Below, in pieces: positions 17,669 to 27,176 of a stretch of DNA of 64,000 nucleotides. Below the pieces are notes generated by a model. That model searched no databases, was not told the origin of the DNA, and saw only the letters and a program-made list of their open reading frames with translations. The translations under genes were made by a program, and so were the position numbers. Numbering within the stretch: the first letter of the stretch is position 1; each line of letters starts with the position of its first letter. Origin of the DNA: Candidatus Omnitrophota bacterium (lineage in GTDB: Bacteria > Omnitrophota > Gorgyraeia > B26-G9); the NCBI GenBank assembly GCA_043805415.1, contig JAZDHZ010000034.1, forward strand, positions 101,478 through 165,477. Reading direction: 5' to 3'.

Positions 17669-20600
17669 ATGTATTTTAAAAAGCTCGAACTCTTTGGATT
17701 TAAATCTTTCGTTGATAAAACAACTCTTATTTTTGAACCAGGCGTAACCGCGATTGTTGGCCCCAATGGTACAGGAAAAAGTAATATTTCTGACGCGATT
17801 AAATGGGTATTGGGAGAACAAAGTGCCAAGTCTATGCGTGGGGCAAAGATGGAAGATGTTATTTTTAATGGCACAGAAACCCGCCCTCCGGTAAATATGT
17901 CAGAAGTTTCGCTGACGCTTTCTAATGAAGAAAGAGTTTTGGCGATTGATTATGATGAAGTAACTGTAACCAGAAGGCTTTATCGCTCAGGAGAAAGTGA
18001 GTATCTTCTTAATAAAACCCCGGTTAGGTTAAGAGATATAAATGAACTATTAATGGGCACTGGCATAGGCACGGAATCGTATTCTTTGCTCGAGCAGGGC
18101 CGGATTGACGCGATTATTAGTTCCAAGCCGGAAGAACGCAGAGTGGTGTTTGAAGAAGCCAGCGGCATTACCAGATATAAGAAACAAAAAAATGAGGCAA
18201 TGCGCAAGCTGCAGGCAACAGAAGAAAACCTTTTACGGGTTAATGATATAATTGTAGAGGTTAATCGTCAGTTAAATTCCATAGCGCGTCAGGTAAGTAA
18301 AGCGCGCCGCTTTCAGGAAAATTTTGATGAACTTAAAACATTAGATACGCAGTATACATACCTTCAATATAAACAGCTTAAGGAAAAAAATGATTTACTT
18401 GCCAGTGAAGAGACTGCTTTTCATGCTGAGCAGGCGGGATTAGAAAAAGAGCTTGCTGTTTTTTCTGAAGAGTTTGACGCCTTAAAAGTAACCCTTTCTG
18501 AAGTGGAACATAATTACAGTCACTTGAACAATCAATTTGTCAGGACTACTTCGCAGATTGAGCAGAATGTTCACGCTGTGTCCATTAATAATGAACGCAT
18601 CCAGGAATTCAGCCAAAGAGTGCGGGATTATAACCGCGATCTGGAAAACTCCCAAAAGAAAATCAAAGAACTGCAGGAGCAGATAAACCAACTGCAAATC
18701 CGGATTTCCGCTTTTTCCGACGAGAAAAGCGCGAAAGAACTTAATTTAAATTTACGCCAGACAACAATCGCGGAAATTGAAAACCAAATAAAACTCGCGC
18801 AAAAATCCGGAGAAGAAAACCGGATCGTGGCGGTAAAATTACTCAGTGAACACGCGCAGATTAAAAATGAACTGGCCAAGCTTTCGGCGAATATCAGCAA
18901 TGCTAACGCGCGCTTATTGCGGCTTAATCAGGAAAAAGCGAAAACTAATCAGGAACGCGAGAAGATTGACGCGGAATTAAAAAGCAAAATAGCGGAAGTT
19001 GAAAATTTAAGAGGTAAGGTTAATAAAGAAGAAGGCGACGCTCAGAATCTTAAAAATAATTATGAAGAGCTTAATACTCAGATAAAAGAGCTGGAAGTAA
19101 ATATCCAAGACAGCAAGCAAGCTTTAGTCGGCTGTAAATCCCAGCTGGAAATGCTGGAAAGATTGAGCAAGGAATACGAATGGTTTTCCAGCTCAGTGAA
19201 ATCATTTATGCTCCAAAAAGAAAACTATCCCGAAGCTTTTGCCGGAGTCCATGATGTACTGGTAAATCTTATGGAGGTAAAGCCGGGATATGAAGTTTGC
19301 GTGGAAACCGCGCTAGCCGAATACTTGCAGGCCGTTGTTGTTGATAGCCGACAAGTGGCTTTAAGGCTGAGAGAATTTCTTAATCAGCATAATATCGGCA
19401 GAATTCGGTTTATTACTCTGGATTCAATTCCGCAAATAGCTAATCAGCAGTCTCAGATTGAAAATACAAAGAATTTTTTAGAAGTAATTACCTGCGATGA
19501 TAAATACGCGAAAGTTTTAGCGTTTCTGGTTAAGAACACTTTTATTTTACAAGAAAATATTTTTGACAATCCGTCAAATCCTTTGACTAATATCAAAGAT
19601 ACGCTGAGTGCTGAGCCAGATGCTTCTGGCTTGCTTGAAGCTGAGCTTTTGTTTTCTTTTAAAACAAACGCGGCCAATAGCGTTAAAATAGTCGGCGATT
19701 TTAATCGATGGAATGCTTCTTTTGACAGTGATCTGGAACGCAAAGACACGGAGCTTTGGCAAAAGGTTCTAAAGCTCGCGCCAGGACGCTATACTTATAA
19801 GCTGGTGGTTGATGGCCAATGGATCATTGACCCGAACAATCCGCTTAAAGAAATAGATGTAAACGGACATGAAAACTCAGTTATCGAAGTGCTGGCAAAA
19901 TCCCAGGATGCTTTGGTTGCTGAGGCTGATAAGCCGGCGGCATTTGATTTTAATTTTCTGGAAACGCTGGTGAGTATGAGCGGCGAGCTGCATTCAACCG
20001 CGGGATTAATCAGCCGGCCGGTTGCTGACCAGACAACAGGCCTGTTTTATCAAAAAGCAAAAATAAGGCAGCTTAAGCAGGAAAGTGTCGGCCTGGAACA
20101 AGCCGTAGTTAAATATAAACAAGAAATCGACACTAAAATCCAGCAGCTTAAGTTTGTGGAAACAGAATTTACTCAATTAAATGATGCTTTGCACGAAGAA
20201 AAGATTAGTCTGGCGAATCGGGACTCGGAAAAATCCAGTATTGAAATAAACCGGAAAAAACTTGTGGATGAGCTTTTAGTCATTGATCTGGAAATTGATG
20301 AAACAACTCTTGATGTTCAGGAGTTTGAAGAAAAAGAAGCGGCTAAGAGAGCTAGGCTGAGCATTGTGGATCAGGAAATAGTCGGCAATGAACAGACAAT
20401 GGCAAGTAATCATCAATTGATCGGGATAAAAAACAAGGAGCGGGAAGAGCTTTTAGTTATTATCGCGGAAATGAAAACAGAATTTTCTTTGCTCAATGAA
20501 CAGGAAGAATCTTTAAATCAGAGTTTTTCAATGCTGTATAATACGCTCAAAGAATTAACCCTGAACTCGGAAGAATTTGTCCGGTATAAGGATGAGAGTA

Positions 20601-21625
20601 TAAAGCGGATCGAGGCGCTGACGATTCAGGTAAGTGAACTGAATAAATCCACGCTTGTCCTTGAGCAGGAAAAAGAAGAAATCGGCATGTCTTTAGAAGA
20701 ATTTAAAGAAAAACGCGGTCAATTATTAAGTAAATTTGAAGATATCCAGAATAAAATAAAAGAAAAAGAAAACCGATTAAATTATACCAAGAATCGGATT
20801 CGCGATATTGATGTTAAAAAAGTCGAGATGAATTTTAAAACCGAGTCATTGGTAAATTCAGCGAGGCAGGCTTATAAAATCGAACTGGAAACCCTGGAAC
20901 TTGAATTGCCGGAAGATATAGACTGGCAGGCGCGGAAAGAACAGATCGATGGTTTAAAAAATAAGATTGACCGGATTGGGGCAGTTAATCTGGCGGCAGT
21001 AGAAGAAGAGGAAGAATTAAGACAGCGCGCTGACTTTCTTAATAGTCAAAGCGAGGATTTGTTCGCGGCTAAGCAGACATTAATGCAGGCAATCCAAAAA
21101 ATCAACCGCACAACTAAAGCGCTTTTTCTCGAGACTTTTGAGAAATCAAAAATCGCTTTTAAAGAGTATTTCAAGCTTTTATTCAGCGGCGGCGACGCGC
21201 AGCTTCTGCTTACCGAGGGAAAAGATGTTTTAGAATGCGGGGTGGAAATCGTGGTGCGGCCTCCAGGCAAAAGACTGCAAAGCATAACCCTGCTTTCCGG
21301 AGGCGAGAAAACGCTTACGGCAATTGCCTTATTGTTCGCGATTTTTAAGATTAAGCCAACACCGTTTTGCGTATTAGATGAAATGGATGCCCCCTTAGAC
21401 GAATCGAATATTGATCGGTTCACCCGGGTTTTACAGGAATTTTTGAAAAGCTCACAATTCATAATTATTACCCATAATAAAAAGACTATTTCCATGGCGG
21501 ATGTTATGTATGGGGTAACAATGGAGCAGCCGGGTATTTCTCGGCTGGTGAGTGTGAAATTCAGCGAATTTAAAGACTCGGATAAATTAAAACAAGAGCT
21601 TATTCCTGAAGAAGCTATAATCTAG
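17669..21625 (+). CDS. smc: chromosome partition protein Smc, with an inserted CBM48-like module in the hinge
   Basis: N-terminal 'LELFGFKSF...IVGPNGTGKSNISDAIKWVLGEQS', signature 'LSGGEKTLTAIALLFAI', Walker B 'FCVLDEMDAPLD', and long coiled coils. Confidence 0.95.
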   Translation: MYFKKLELFGFKSFVDKTTLIFEPGVTAIVGPNGTGKSNISDAIKWVLGEQSAKSMRGAKMEDVIFNGTETRPPVNMSEVSLTLSNEERVLAIDYDEVTVTRRLYRSGESEYLLNKTPVRLRDINELLMGTGIGTESYSLLEQGRIDAIISSKPEERRVVFEEASGITRYKKQKNEAMRKLQATEENLLRVNDIIVEVNRQLNSIARQVSKARRFQENFDELKTLDTQYTYLQYKQLKEKNDLLASEETAFHAEQAGLEKELAVFSEEFDALKVTLSEVEHNYSHLNNQFVRTTSQIEQNVHAVSINNERIQEFSQRVRDYNRDLENSQKKIKELQEQINQLQIRISAFSDEKSAKELNLNLRQTTIAEIENQIKLAQKSGEENRIVAVKLLSEHAQIKNELAKLSANISNANARLLRLNQEKAKTNQEREKIDAELKSKIAEVENLRGKVNKEEGDAQNLKNNYEELNTQIKELEVNIQDSKQALVGCKSQLEMLERLSKEYEWFSSSVKSFMLQKENYPEAFAGVHDVLVNLMEVKPGYEVCVETALAEYLQAVVVDSRQVALRLREFLNQHNIGRIRFITLDSIPQIANQQSQIENTKNFLEVITCDDKYAKVLAFLVKNTFILQENIFDNPSNPLTNIKDTLSAEPDASGLLEAELLFSFKTNAANSVKIVGDFNRWNASFDSDLERKDTELWQKVLKLAPGRYTYKLVVDGQWIIDPNNPLKEIDVNGHENSVIEVLAKSQDALVAEADKPAAFDFNFLETLVSMSGELHSTAGLISRPVADQTTGLFYQKAKIRQLKQESVGLEQAVVKYKQEIDTKIQQLKFVETEFTQLNDALHEEKISLANRDSEKSSIEINRKKLVDELLVIDLEIDETTLDVQEFEEKEAAKRARLSIVDQEIVGNEQTMASNHQLIGIKNKEREELLVIIAEMKTEFSLLNEQEESLNQSFSMLYNTLKELTLNSEEFVRYKDESIKRIEALTIQVSELNKSTLVLEQEKEEIGMSLEEFKEKRGQLLSKFEDIQNKIKEKENRLNYTKNRIRDIDVKKVEMNFKTESLVNSARQAYKIELETLELELPEDIDWQARKEQIDGLKNKIDRIGAVNLAAVEEEEELRQRADFLNSQSEDLFAAKQTLMQAIQKINRTTKALFLETFEKSKIAFKEYFKLLFSGGDAQLLLTEGKDVLECGVEIVVRPPGKRLQSITLLSGGEKTLTAIALLFAIFKIKPTPFCVLDEMDAPLDESNIDRFTRVLQEFLKSSQFIIITHNKKTISMADVMYGVTMEQPGISRLVSVKFSEFKDSDKLKQELIPEEAII
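19646..19891 (+). other. AMPK-beta/CBM48-type glycogen-binding module inserted in the SMC hinge
   Basis: 'FSFKTNAANSVKIVGDFNRWN...ELWQKVLKLAPGRYTYKLVVDGQWIIDPNNP' follows the CBM48 pattern (V.l.GsFn.W...W...L.pG.Y.YKf.VDG.W..DP). Confidence 0.7.
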
Positions 21626-21657
21626 CCGATTATTTGATTATCCCCGCGAACCGCGAA

Positions 21658-22851
21658 TCAGATAAATTCTGTGCTGAACATGCACACCCGATTTCTTCCG
21701 GTTTCTTTAGCTACATACAGAGCCTTATCAGCAAAAGCAATTAAATCATCTTTGTTCGAGGCATCCTGGGGAAAACTGGCGACTCCGATACTGATCGTGA
21801 TTCTTTTGGAAGGTTGTCCCTCTTTATAATGGCAAGGGTGAGCGGCAGTTAATTTTCTTATTCGCTCAGCAGAGGAATAAGCTTTTTCTTTAAATGTTTC
21901 CGGCAGAATAATCGCGAATTCCTCTCCGCCATAGCGGGCGACCAGATCAACTTCCCGGCAGGTGGACTGGAGAATTTCCGAGATTTCCTGCAATAATTTA
22001 TCTCCGGCCAAATGCCCCAGGCTATCATTAAATTTCTTAAAATGATCGATATCGATCATTAATAAGCTGACATGGCGGTTAAACCGGTTTGCTCTTTTAA
22101 CTTCTTCCGCTAATTGGTGCTGAAAATATCCATAGTTCCAAAGACTTGTCAGGCGGTCGGTGTTGGATAAGATAAGGGTTTTTTCAAATTCCTGAGAGTT
22201 GCCGATTGCCAGTCCGGCATTATTGGCAAACATAGTCAGTTTCCAGATATCATCTTTGGTAAGATCTCTTTTGGAATAGAAATTATCAACCAGCATTACT
22301 CCGAGAACCCGGTTTTTTGCCATTAAAGGAATCGTCAGACCGTATTCCATATTAAATAAGGAGATGATCGGGTCGTTTTTTTAAATTTGTTTTTTATACG
22401 TAGGGGTTATTATCTCAAACTGTTTTTTCTGAAGCACTGTTTGGGCTAAAATTCCCGAACTTGGATTAATCGGCAGCTTGATATTTTTAACATTATTATT
22501 AAAATGCGAATCCTGTTTGCGGCCGAATTCTTTATAATCTTTTAACAGCTCCTCAAGAGTTTTATGCGTGTTTTCAATAAACTCCCAAATATTTTTCGCG
22601 TCAGCTTCTGAATCAGGGCCAATACCCATCCGGCCTTCCAGGATATTTTCTTTCTCATTAACCAGAAAAACCATAGCCCGGTTAAACCCCAGGCCTTCGC
22701 CGGAAGTAACACTGGTAAGAATAATGTATAAAATTTCATCCAGCCTGAGAGTCGAGCTCATGGCCATGCTGATTTCATAAAGCATCAGCAGTTCGGCGTG
22801 ATATTTATCTTGTAGGTTTTTCGGTGTTTCTTCGATTGACATAGCCTTCAT
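21658..22851 (-). pseudogene. GAF-GGDEF diguanylate cyclase interrupted by a single in-frame TAA
   Basis: ORFs 22851-22381 (first half of the GAF domain) and 22350-21658 (rest of GAF plus 'RYGGEEF') share one frame. They are separated by TAA (22383-22381) plus 10 sense codons: '...TYKKQI*KNDPIISLFNMEYG...'. There is no Shine-Dalgarno sequence before ATG 22350. Confidence 0.65.
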
Positions 22852-23060
22852 TGTATAATTAGTGTCTTTAGTTTGTCAATCTCTTAGTTAGAAAATCGAT
22901 TAACTGAAATTAAGCTTTAAACTATTAAAAAAGAATAATTTAAATTTTCGCTTAAACTGTGTAAAATGTAAGCAGGTCAAGGCAGTTTATGCCCGGGCTG
23001 ATAAAGGAATCAATCTTAAGATCATAAGCTGGTTTAACTTTGTTTTGATTGGGGGAATGA

Positions 23061-24440
23061 GTGGTTAAGAAAAAAATAAATTCAGCAGGCATAATATGCG
23101 TGGTTTTTGTATTTCTCGCTTTACTTTTTGCTGCTTCTGGTTTTTGTGAGACTGAAGCGGAGTTTAAAGCTTTGATAAAAGAGTATGAGCAGAAATACGC
23201 TTATGATCCTTATGATGAAAATATTAAAAAACAATTAAGCGTTTTATATCATAATTACGCGATGGAGCTGGCTAATGAGGGTTTATGGGATGAAGCGATA
23301 GAACATGAAAAAAGAGCATTGGATATTGAGCCGGAGATCGCGAGCATAAAGAATGCTCTGGCGTATATGTACAATTGCCGGGGTTTGGAGCGGAAAGACG
23401 AAGGCTTGTATGATAAAGCGATTAGCGATTTAAAATCAGCGATAGAGTATAGCCCAGAAGAGCTGGTGCTTAAAAAAAATATCGCGGCAATTTATTTGGG
23501 CTGGGCTTATCAGTTTTTTGAAAACAATGAATATTCCAATGCTGAACGGATGCTGCTTCAGGTGCAGCATTATGATGATCAGAATCCATATCTCTATGTT
23601 GTCAGGGGAGACATTGCTTATACCCGGGATAGCTATTTTGCTACGCGTGATAATTGGCAGAAAGCTTTAAAGTTAAATCCCAGCCTTTATCAGGTTAGGA
23701 TGAAGCTGGAAAAACTGGAAAAGGAACAGGATGTGGAGAGAAATTTTAGTGTTCGGGAATTTGAGAACTTTAAATTAAAATTTGAAGGCATTGCCAGTGA
23801 GGGCTTAGCGGATAAAGCGGCGGAAATATTAAGAAATGCTTATAAGCAAGTGGGTAAAGACTTTGATCTTTATCCTCGGGCAACTGTTCCGGTTATTATT
23901 TATCCTTTTGTTAAGCTGAAAAAACTCGATTATTTTCCAGATTGGGCAGCTGGTACCTATGACGGGAAAATCAGGTTTGGCGAAGATTTAGGCAAAGACC
24001 CATTGCTGATGCAGGGAGTTTTATATCATGAATATACGCATGTTATTGTCAGGATGCTGGGCGGGGATAATGTTCCGCTCTGGTTAAATGAAGGCTTAGC
24101 GGAATATGAGGCAAAACAATTTAAAACCGCGCTTGTCAATAAATCAAGAAAAGAATTAATATCCAAGGCCATTGAAAAAGGAACAATCTTCCCTTTAGAT
24201 AAATTAGGAACAATGGATTTAAGTAAATTATCCTATCTTGCTCCGCACAGGATCGAGCTGGTTTATGCCCAGTCCGAGGCTTTTGTCCAGTATATTATTA
24301 ATCGCTCATCGCTTTATGACATAAAAAAGCTTTTGCAGGAGCTGGGCAAAGGCACGAATATTTATAAAGCGGTTAAAGATGTGCTGTATGTTGAAGTAGA
24401 GGTTTTGGAAAGAGACTGGAAAAATGAATATCAAAAATAA
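23061..24440 (+). CDS. TPR-repeat protein with C-terminal peptidase-MA-like HExxH domain
   Basis: GTG start, N-terminal TM/signal segment, TPR-like repeats, 'LYHEYTHVIV' plus 'LNEGLAEYEA'. Confidence 0.7.
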   Translation: MVKKKINSAGIICVVFVFLALLFAASGFCETEAEFKALIKEYEQKYAYDPYDENIKKQLSVLYHNYAMELANEGLWDEAIEHEKRALDIEPEIASIKNALAYMYNCRGLERKDEGLYDKAISDLKSAIEYSPEELVLKKNIAAIYLGWAYQFFENNEYSNAERMLLQVQHYDDQNPYLYVVRGDIAYTRDSYFATRDNWQKALKLNPSLYQVRMKLEKLEKEQDVERNFSVREFENFKLKFEGIASEGLADKAAEILRNAYKQVGKDFDLYPRATVPVIIYPFVKLKKLDYFPDWAAGTYDGKIRFGEDLGKDPLLMQGVLYHEYTHVIVRMLGGDNVPLWLNEGLAEYEAKQFKTALVNKSRKELISKAIEKGTIFPLDKLGTMDLSKLSYLAPHRIELVYAQSEAFVQYIINRSSLYDIKKLLQELGKGTNIYKAVKDVLYVEVEVLERDWKNEYQK

Positions 24441-24466
24441 AATGAAATAAGTTTAAAGGATTTTTT

Positions 24467-25600
24467 ATGCAGCCTATTGGTATCTATGTCCACATTCCCT
24501 TTTGTGTTAAAAAATGCGGTTATTGCGGCTTTAATTCTCTGGTTGCCAACAGCGCCGGGCAAATAAAAGCATATCTTAAGGCTTTATTCCTGGATATTCA
24601 ATTATCCGCTAAAAACCGGCAAGCCTTTGCGGTGGAAAGTATTTATATCGGAGGCGGGACGCCTTCTATATTAGAGGCAAAAGACATTGCTCATATCATA
24701 GCTGAAATTAAACAGTGTTTTCCGGTAGCAAGAGAATCAGAGATTACAATTGAGGTAAATCCGGCCAGTGTATCCAGGCAAAAGCTTCTCGAGTATAAAA
24801 AATCCGGGATTAATCGGATCAGCATGGGAGTCCAATCGTTTAAACCTAAGAATTTAAAATTTCTCGGCAGAGCGCACAGCGCTTTGGATGTGTTCAAGGC
24901 GCTTAAAATGCTTAAAAACCTGGAATTTAATAATATCAGTATTGACCTGATTTATGGCTTACCGGATCAGTCTTTAAAAGACTGGGAGGATGATTTAAAT
25001 CAATTCATTGATTGCGAGCTGAGTCATTTATCGCTGTATGATTTAACCATTGAAAAGGGAACGCCTTTTTATGAAATTAAAAATACGCTGTTGATCGCGG
25101 ATAATGATTTGCAGGCTTTAATGTATAAGAAAGCAGATGGTTTATTAAAAAAAAACCAGTTTAACCATTATGAGATTTCCAGTTTCGCTAAAAAAGGCAG
25201 GCAGTCAAAACACAATCTGATATATTGGAATAACTTAGATTATATTGGCTTGGGAGCAGGCGCTTATTCATATATTAATCGCCAGAGGTTTAGCAAAGCA
25301 AATGATCTTTATCTTTATGAACAGCAGGCAAAAAAAAACAAGTTTGAGCATTATGATTCAGAAAAGCTTAGTTTGGTAAAGCTGATGCAAGAAACATTAA
25401 TCCTCAGGCTAAGGCTGTTAAAAGGCTTTAGGCTTAAGGATATAGAGAATAAGCTGAATCATAAGATCAGGCAGGATAGTATGAACATTTTAAATGAATT
25501 TGTTAGGCAGGGCTTTATTTTGCTTCATAATAATCACTATAAACTGAGCAAAAAAGGTTTATTGCAATATGATACTATTGCCAGTGAACTATTATCATAG
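24467..25600 (+). CDS. hemW: radical SAM heme chaperone HemW (HemN-like)
   Basis: 'IYVHIPFCVKKCGYCGF' CxxxCxxC cluster motif, 'YIGGGTPS', and a HemN_C-like tail. Confidence 0.9.
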   Translation: MQPIGIYVHIPFCVKKCGYCGFNSLVANSAGQIKAYLKALFLDIQLSAKNRQAFAVESIYIGGGTPSILEAKDIAHIIAEIKQCFPVARESEITIEVNPASVSRQKLLEYKKSGINRISMGVQSFKPKNLKFLGRAHSALDVFKALKMLKNLEFNNISIDLIYGLPDQSLKDWEDDLNQFIDCELSHLSLYDLTIEKGTPFYEIKNTLLIADNDLQALMYKKADGLLKKNQFNHYEISSFAKKGRQSKHNLIYWNNLDYIGLGAGAYSYINRQRFSKANDLYLYEQQAKKNKFEHYDSEKLSLVKLMQETLILRLRLLKGFRLKDIENKLNHKIRQDSMNILNEFVRQGFILLHNNHYKLSKKGLLQYDTIASELLS

Positions 25601-25613
25601 AGCAAATAAATTC

Positions 25614-25641
25614 CAAATGACAAATGTCAAATGACAAAAAT
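25614..25641. repeat. heptamer tandem repeat (CAAATGA)x4, degenerate
   Basis: caaatga caaatgt caaatga caaaaat, directly after the hemW stop. Confidence 0.8.
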
Positions 25642-25806
25642 TGAAAGCAGAGAACAGAAACCGAGGGATGATCCTCCTTTGCCAAGGCTATGGAGGACAG
25701 ATGGACGATTGATGTGTTAGGATGAAGGACGAAAGAGCAGAAACAGAGAGTAGAAATTTGTTATTGTCCTTGTGTCTTGTGACTTTGTGTCTTGAGTCTA
25801 AATTGC

Positions 25807-25835
25807 TTGATATTTTTTTTGGTTCATGGTATAAA
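25807..25835 (+). promoter_or_regulatory. sigma70-type promoter for tRNA-Leu
   Basis: TTGATA (25807-12), 17-nt spacer containing TGg, then TATAAA (25830-35). About 18 nt upstream of the tRNA 5' end. Confidence 0.55.
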
Positions 25836-25853
25836 TAGAACACTCAATATTTT

Positions 25854-25939
25854 GCGGGGATGGTGGAATGGCAGACACGCTAGCTTGAGGGGCTAGTGGG
25901 AGCAATCTCGTGAGGGTTCAAATCCCTCTCTCCGCACCA
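25854..25939 (+). tRNA. tRNA-Leu (anticodon GAG), type II with long variable arm, CCA encoded
   Basis: Manual fold: acceptor GCGGGGA/UCUCCGC, D stem GUG/CAC, anticodon stem CUAGC/GCUAG, loop UUGAGGG, 15-nt variable arm, T arm GAGGG-UUCAAAU-CCCUC, ACCA. Confidence 0.9.
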
Positions 25940-25966
25940 AAAAACTCCTGAAATGGAGTTTTTTTG
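25940..25966 (+). terminator. intrinsic terminator after tRNA-Leu
   Basis: AAAAACUCC-UGAAAU-GGAGUUUUUUU hairpin plus U tract. Confidence 0.7.
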
Positions 25967-26023
25967 CTATTTATGATGATTTTTTCCTCGAAGCAAGTTT
26001 TTTTAAAAAATTCTTTGCCAGCC

Positions 26024-26052
26024 TTGTAATTTAAAAAAACCTATGGTATACT
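26024..26052 (+). promoter_or_regulatory. extended -10 promoter for the 26245 gene
   Basis: TTGTAA (26024-29), 17-nt spacer, TGg TATACT (26047-52). Confidence 0.6.
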
Positions 26053-26110
26053 TGCACTCCGTTGTAGCTGAATCTCAATATGTAACTATTAGTTAAAATG
26101 AAATATTAAG

Positions 26111-26193
26111 GGAATGCGAAGTTGAAACGTTCTTATTTATTAAGGCGTTTACGAAGACCCCTACTTCCCCCGTTCTTCGCATTCCTTTTTTTT
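26111..26193 (+). promoter_or_regulatory. structured 5'-leader element, copy 1 (long hairpin, C-rich internal loop, U8)
   Basis: GGAAUGCGAAG (26111-21) pairs perfectly with CUUCGCAUUCC (26175-85). Inner CUUA-N5-UAAGG hairpin, unpaired CCCCUACUUCCCC, then U8 (26186-93). Lies between the promoter and ATG 26245. Confidence 0.65.
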
Positions 26194-26244
26194 ATTTGTT
26201 TGAGATCTAACACATTTAAACCAAAGTATTTATCCAGATAAGCT

Positions 26245-27012
26245 ATGAAAAATCCGCTGCATAACAAAATAATCTGTATGGTTTGCTTATTTATTGCAAT
26301 CAGCAATACTGCTTTACCGGTTTTTGCTTTGAATAATCCGGAATCAAGCCGAAAATATTGCCTTTCCCCGTTTTTACGTATAATCAATTCTGATTTTCAA
26401 TCCAGATTTGAGAGTCTAAACTCTGACTTATTAGACAATAATTTAAACATGCCAGGGGATCTGAAAAGCCGCGCGCTGGTAGTTGGCAGGACAAGCATAA
26501 TTTTTAATAACAAAGAAATGAGCTTTTTTGAATTAACAAAAAGCCTAAACCTTTTACTTGCCAATGATCGATTTACTTACTTTGCCAGAATTGAAAAAGA
26601 TATGGTTAAATATGCGGCATTAAGCACTGTAGAGCAGCTTTTACTTGCTTTAAAGCAGTCAGAATTATCAGAATATGCTGAGCAAATTGATATTATTCTG
26701 GCAATTTTGCATCTTTCCGCTGAAGACGCGGCAATTATCCTTAGCGGCATTGAACCTTTGCAGCAAAAATCAATTACTAATCTTACTGATAAGGCCTGGA
26801 CGAATAAATTCAGAATGAAACGATTCAGCTTAACCATGGGCTATGAGCTTGATATTGCTAAAGCTTGGTATGTTAAAACATTGGAAACAGAGGCTGAGGA
26901 AAGACAGTGGTGGCATGCTATGTGCCGCAATTCAATGCCTATGAATATGTTTAAGGGTTTGAATGCTGATTTGCAGAAAAAAAATCATGGCTTAATTGAT
27001 GCTTCAATTTAA
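26245..27012 (+). CDS. terminal-signature family protein, function unknown
   Basis: Leader 'IICMVCLFIAISNTALPVFA', N-box 'CLSPFLRIINSDFQSRF', tail 'DASI-stop'. Confidence 0.7.
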   Translation: MKNPLHNKIICMVCLFIAISNTALPVFALNNPESSRKYCLSPFLRIINSDFQSRFESLNSDLLDNNLNMPGDLKSRALVVGRTSIIFNNKEMSFFELTKSLNLLLANDRFTYFARIEKDMVKYAALSTVEQLLLALKQSELSEYAEQIDIILAILHLSAEDAAIILSGIEPLQQKSITNLTDKAWTNKFRMKRFSLTMGYELDIAKAWYVKTLETEAEERQWWHAMCRNSMPMNMFKGLNADLQKKNHGLIDASI

Positions 27013-27045
27013 TTCTATTCATGGCTTAAAAAAATCCTCTGAACA

Positions 27046-27074
27046 TTGAAATTCCTGGAATAATATGGTATAAT
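27046..27074 (+). promoter_or_regulatory. extended -10 promoter for the 27275 gene
   Basis: TTGAAA (27046-51), 17-nt spacer, TGg TATAAT (27069-74). Confidence 0.6.
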
Positions 27075-27176
27075 TCTAATGAAGTAAGGAAGTTATGGAA
27101 AAACGGGGGTTTTGGGGCTTTTTTATCGTCTAAAATTAAACAATTTTAAAAAGTAATTTAAAACTATATGTAAAAT

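Noticed and set aside
22381-22383. Reassigned genetic code (TAA as sense) as the explanation for the in-frame stop.
   Set aside because: TAA terminates many genes here at their expected conserved ends (smpB, queD, queC and the GQAI-tailed giant gene). The standard code therefore applies.
25614-25800. CRISPR-like array in the hemW to tRNA-Leu spacer and other repeat-rich spacers.
   Set aside because: The units are only 7 nt long, contiguous and degenerate, with no spacers and no cas genes.
26133-26387. 84-aa minus-strand ORF covering leader element copy 1.
   Set aside because: The region is conserved with copy 2 at the RNA-structure level (compensatory stem changes), not at the level of this reading frame. 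The ORF also overlaps the start of the + strand gene at 26245.
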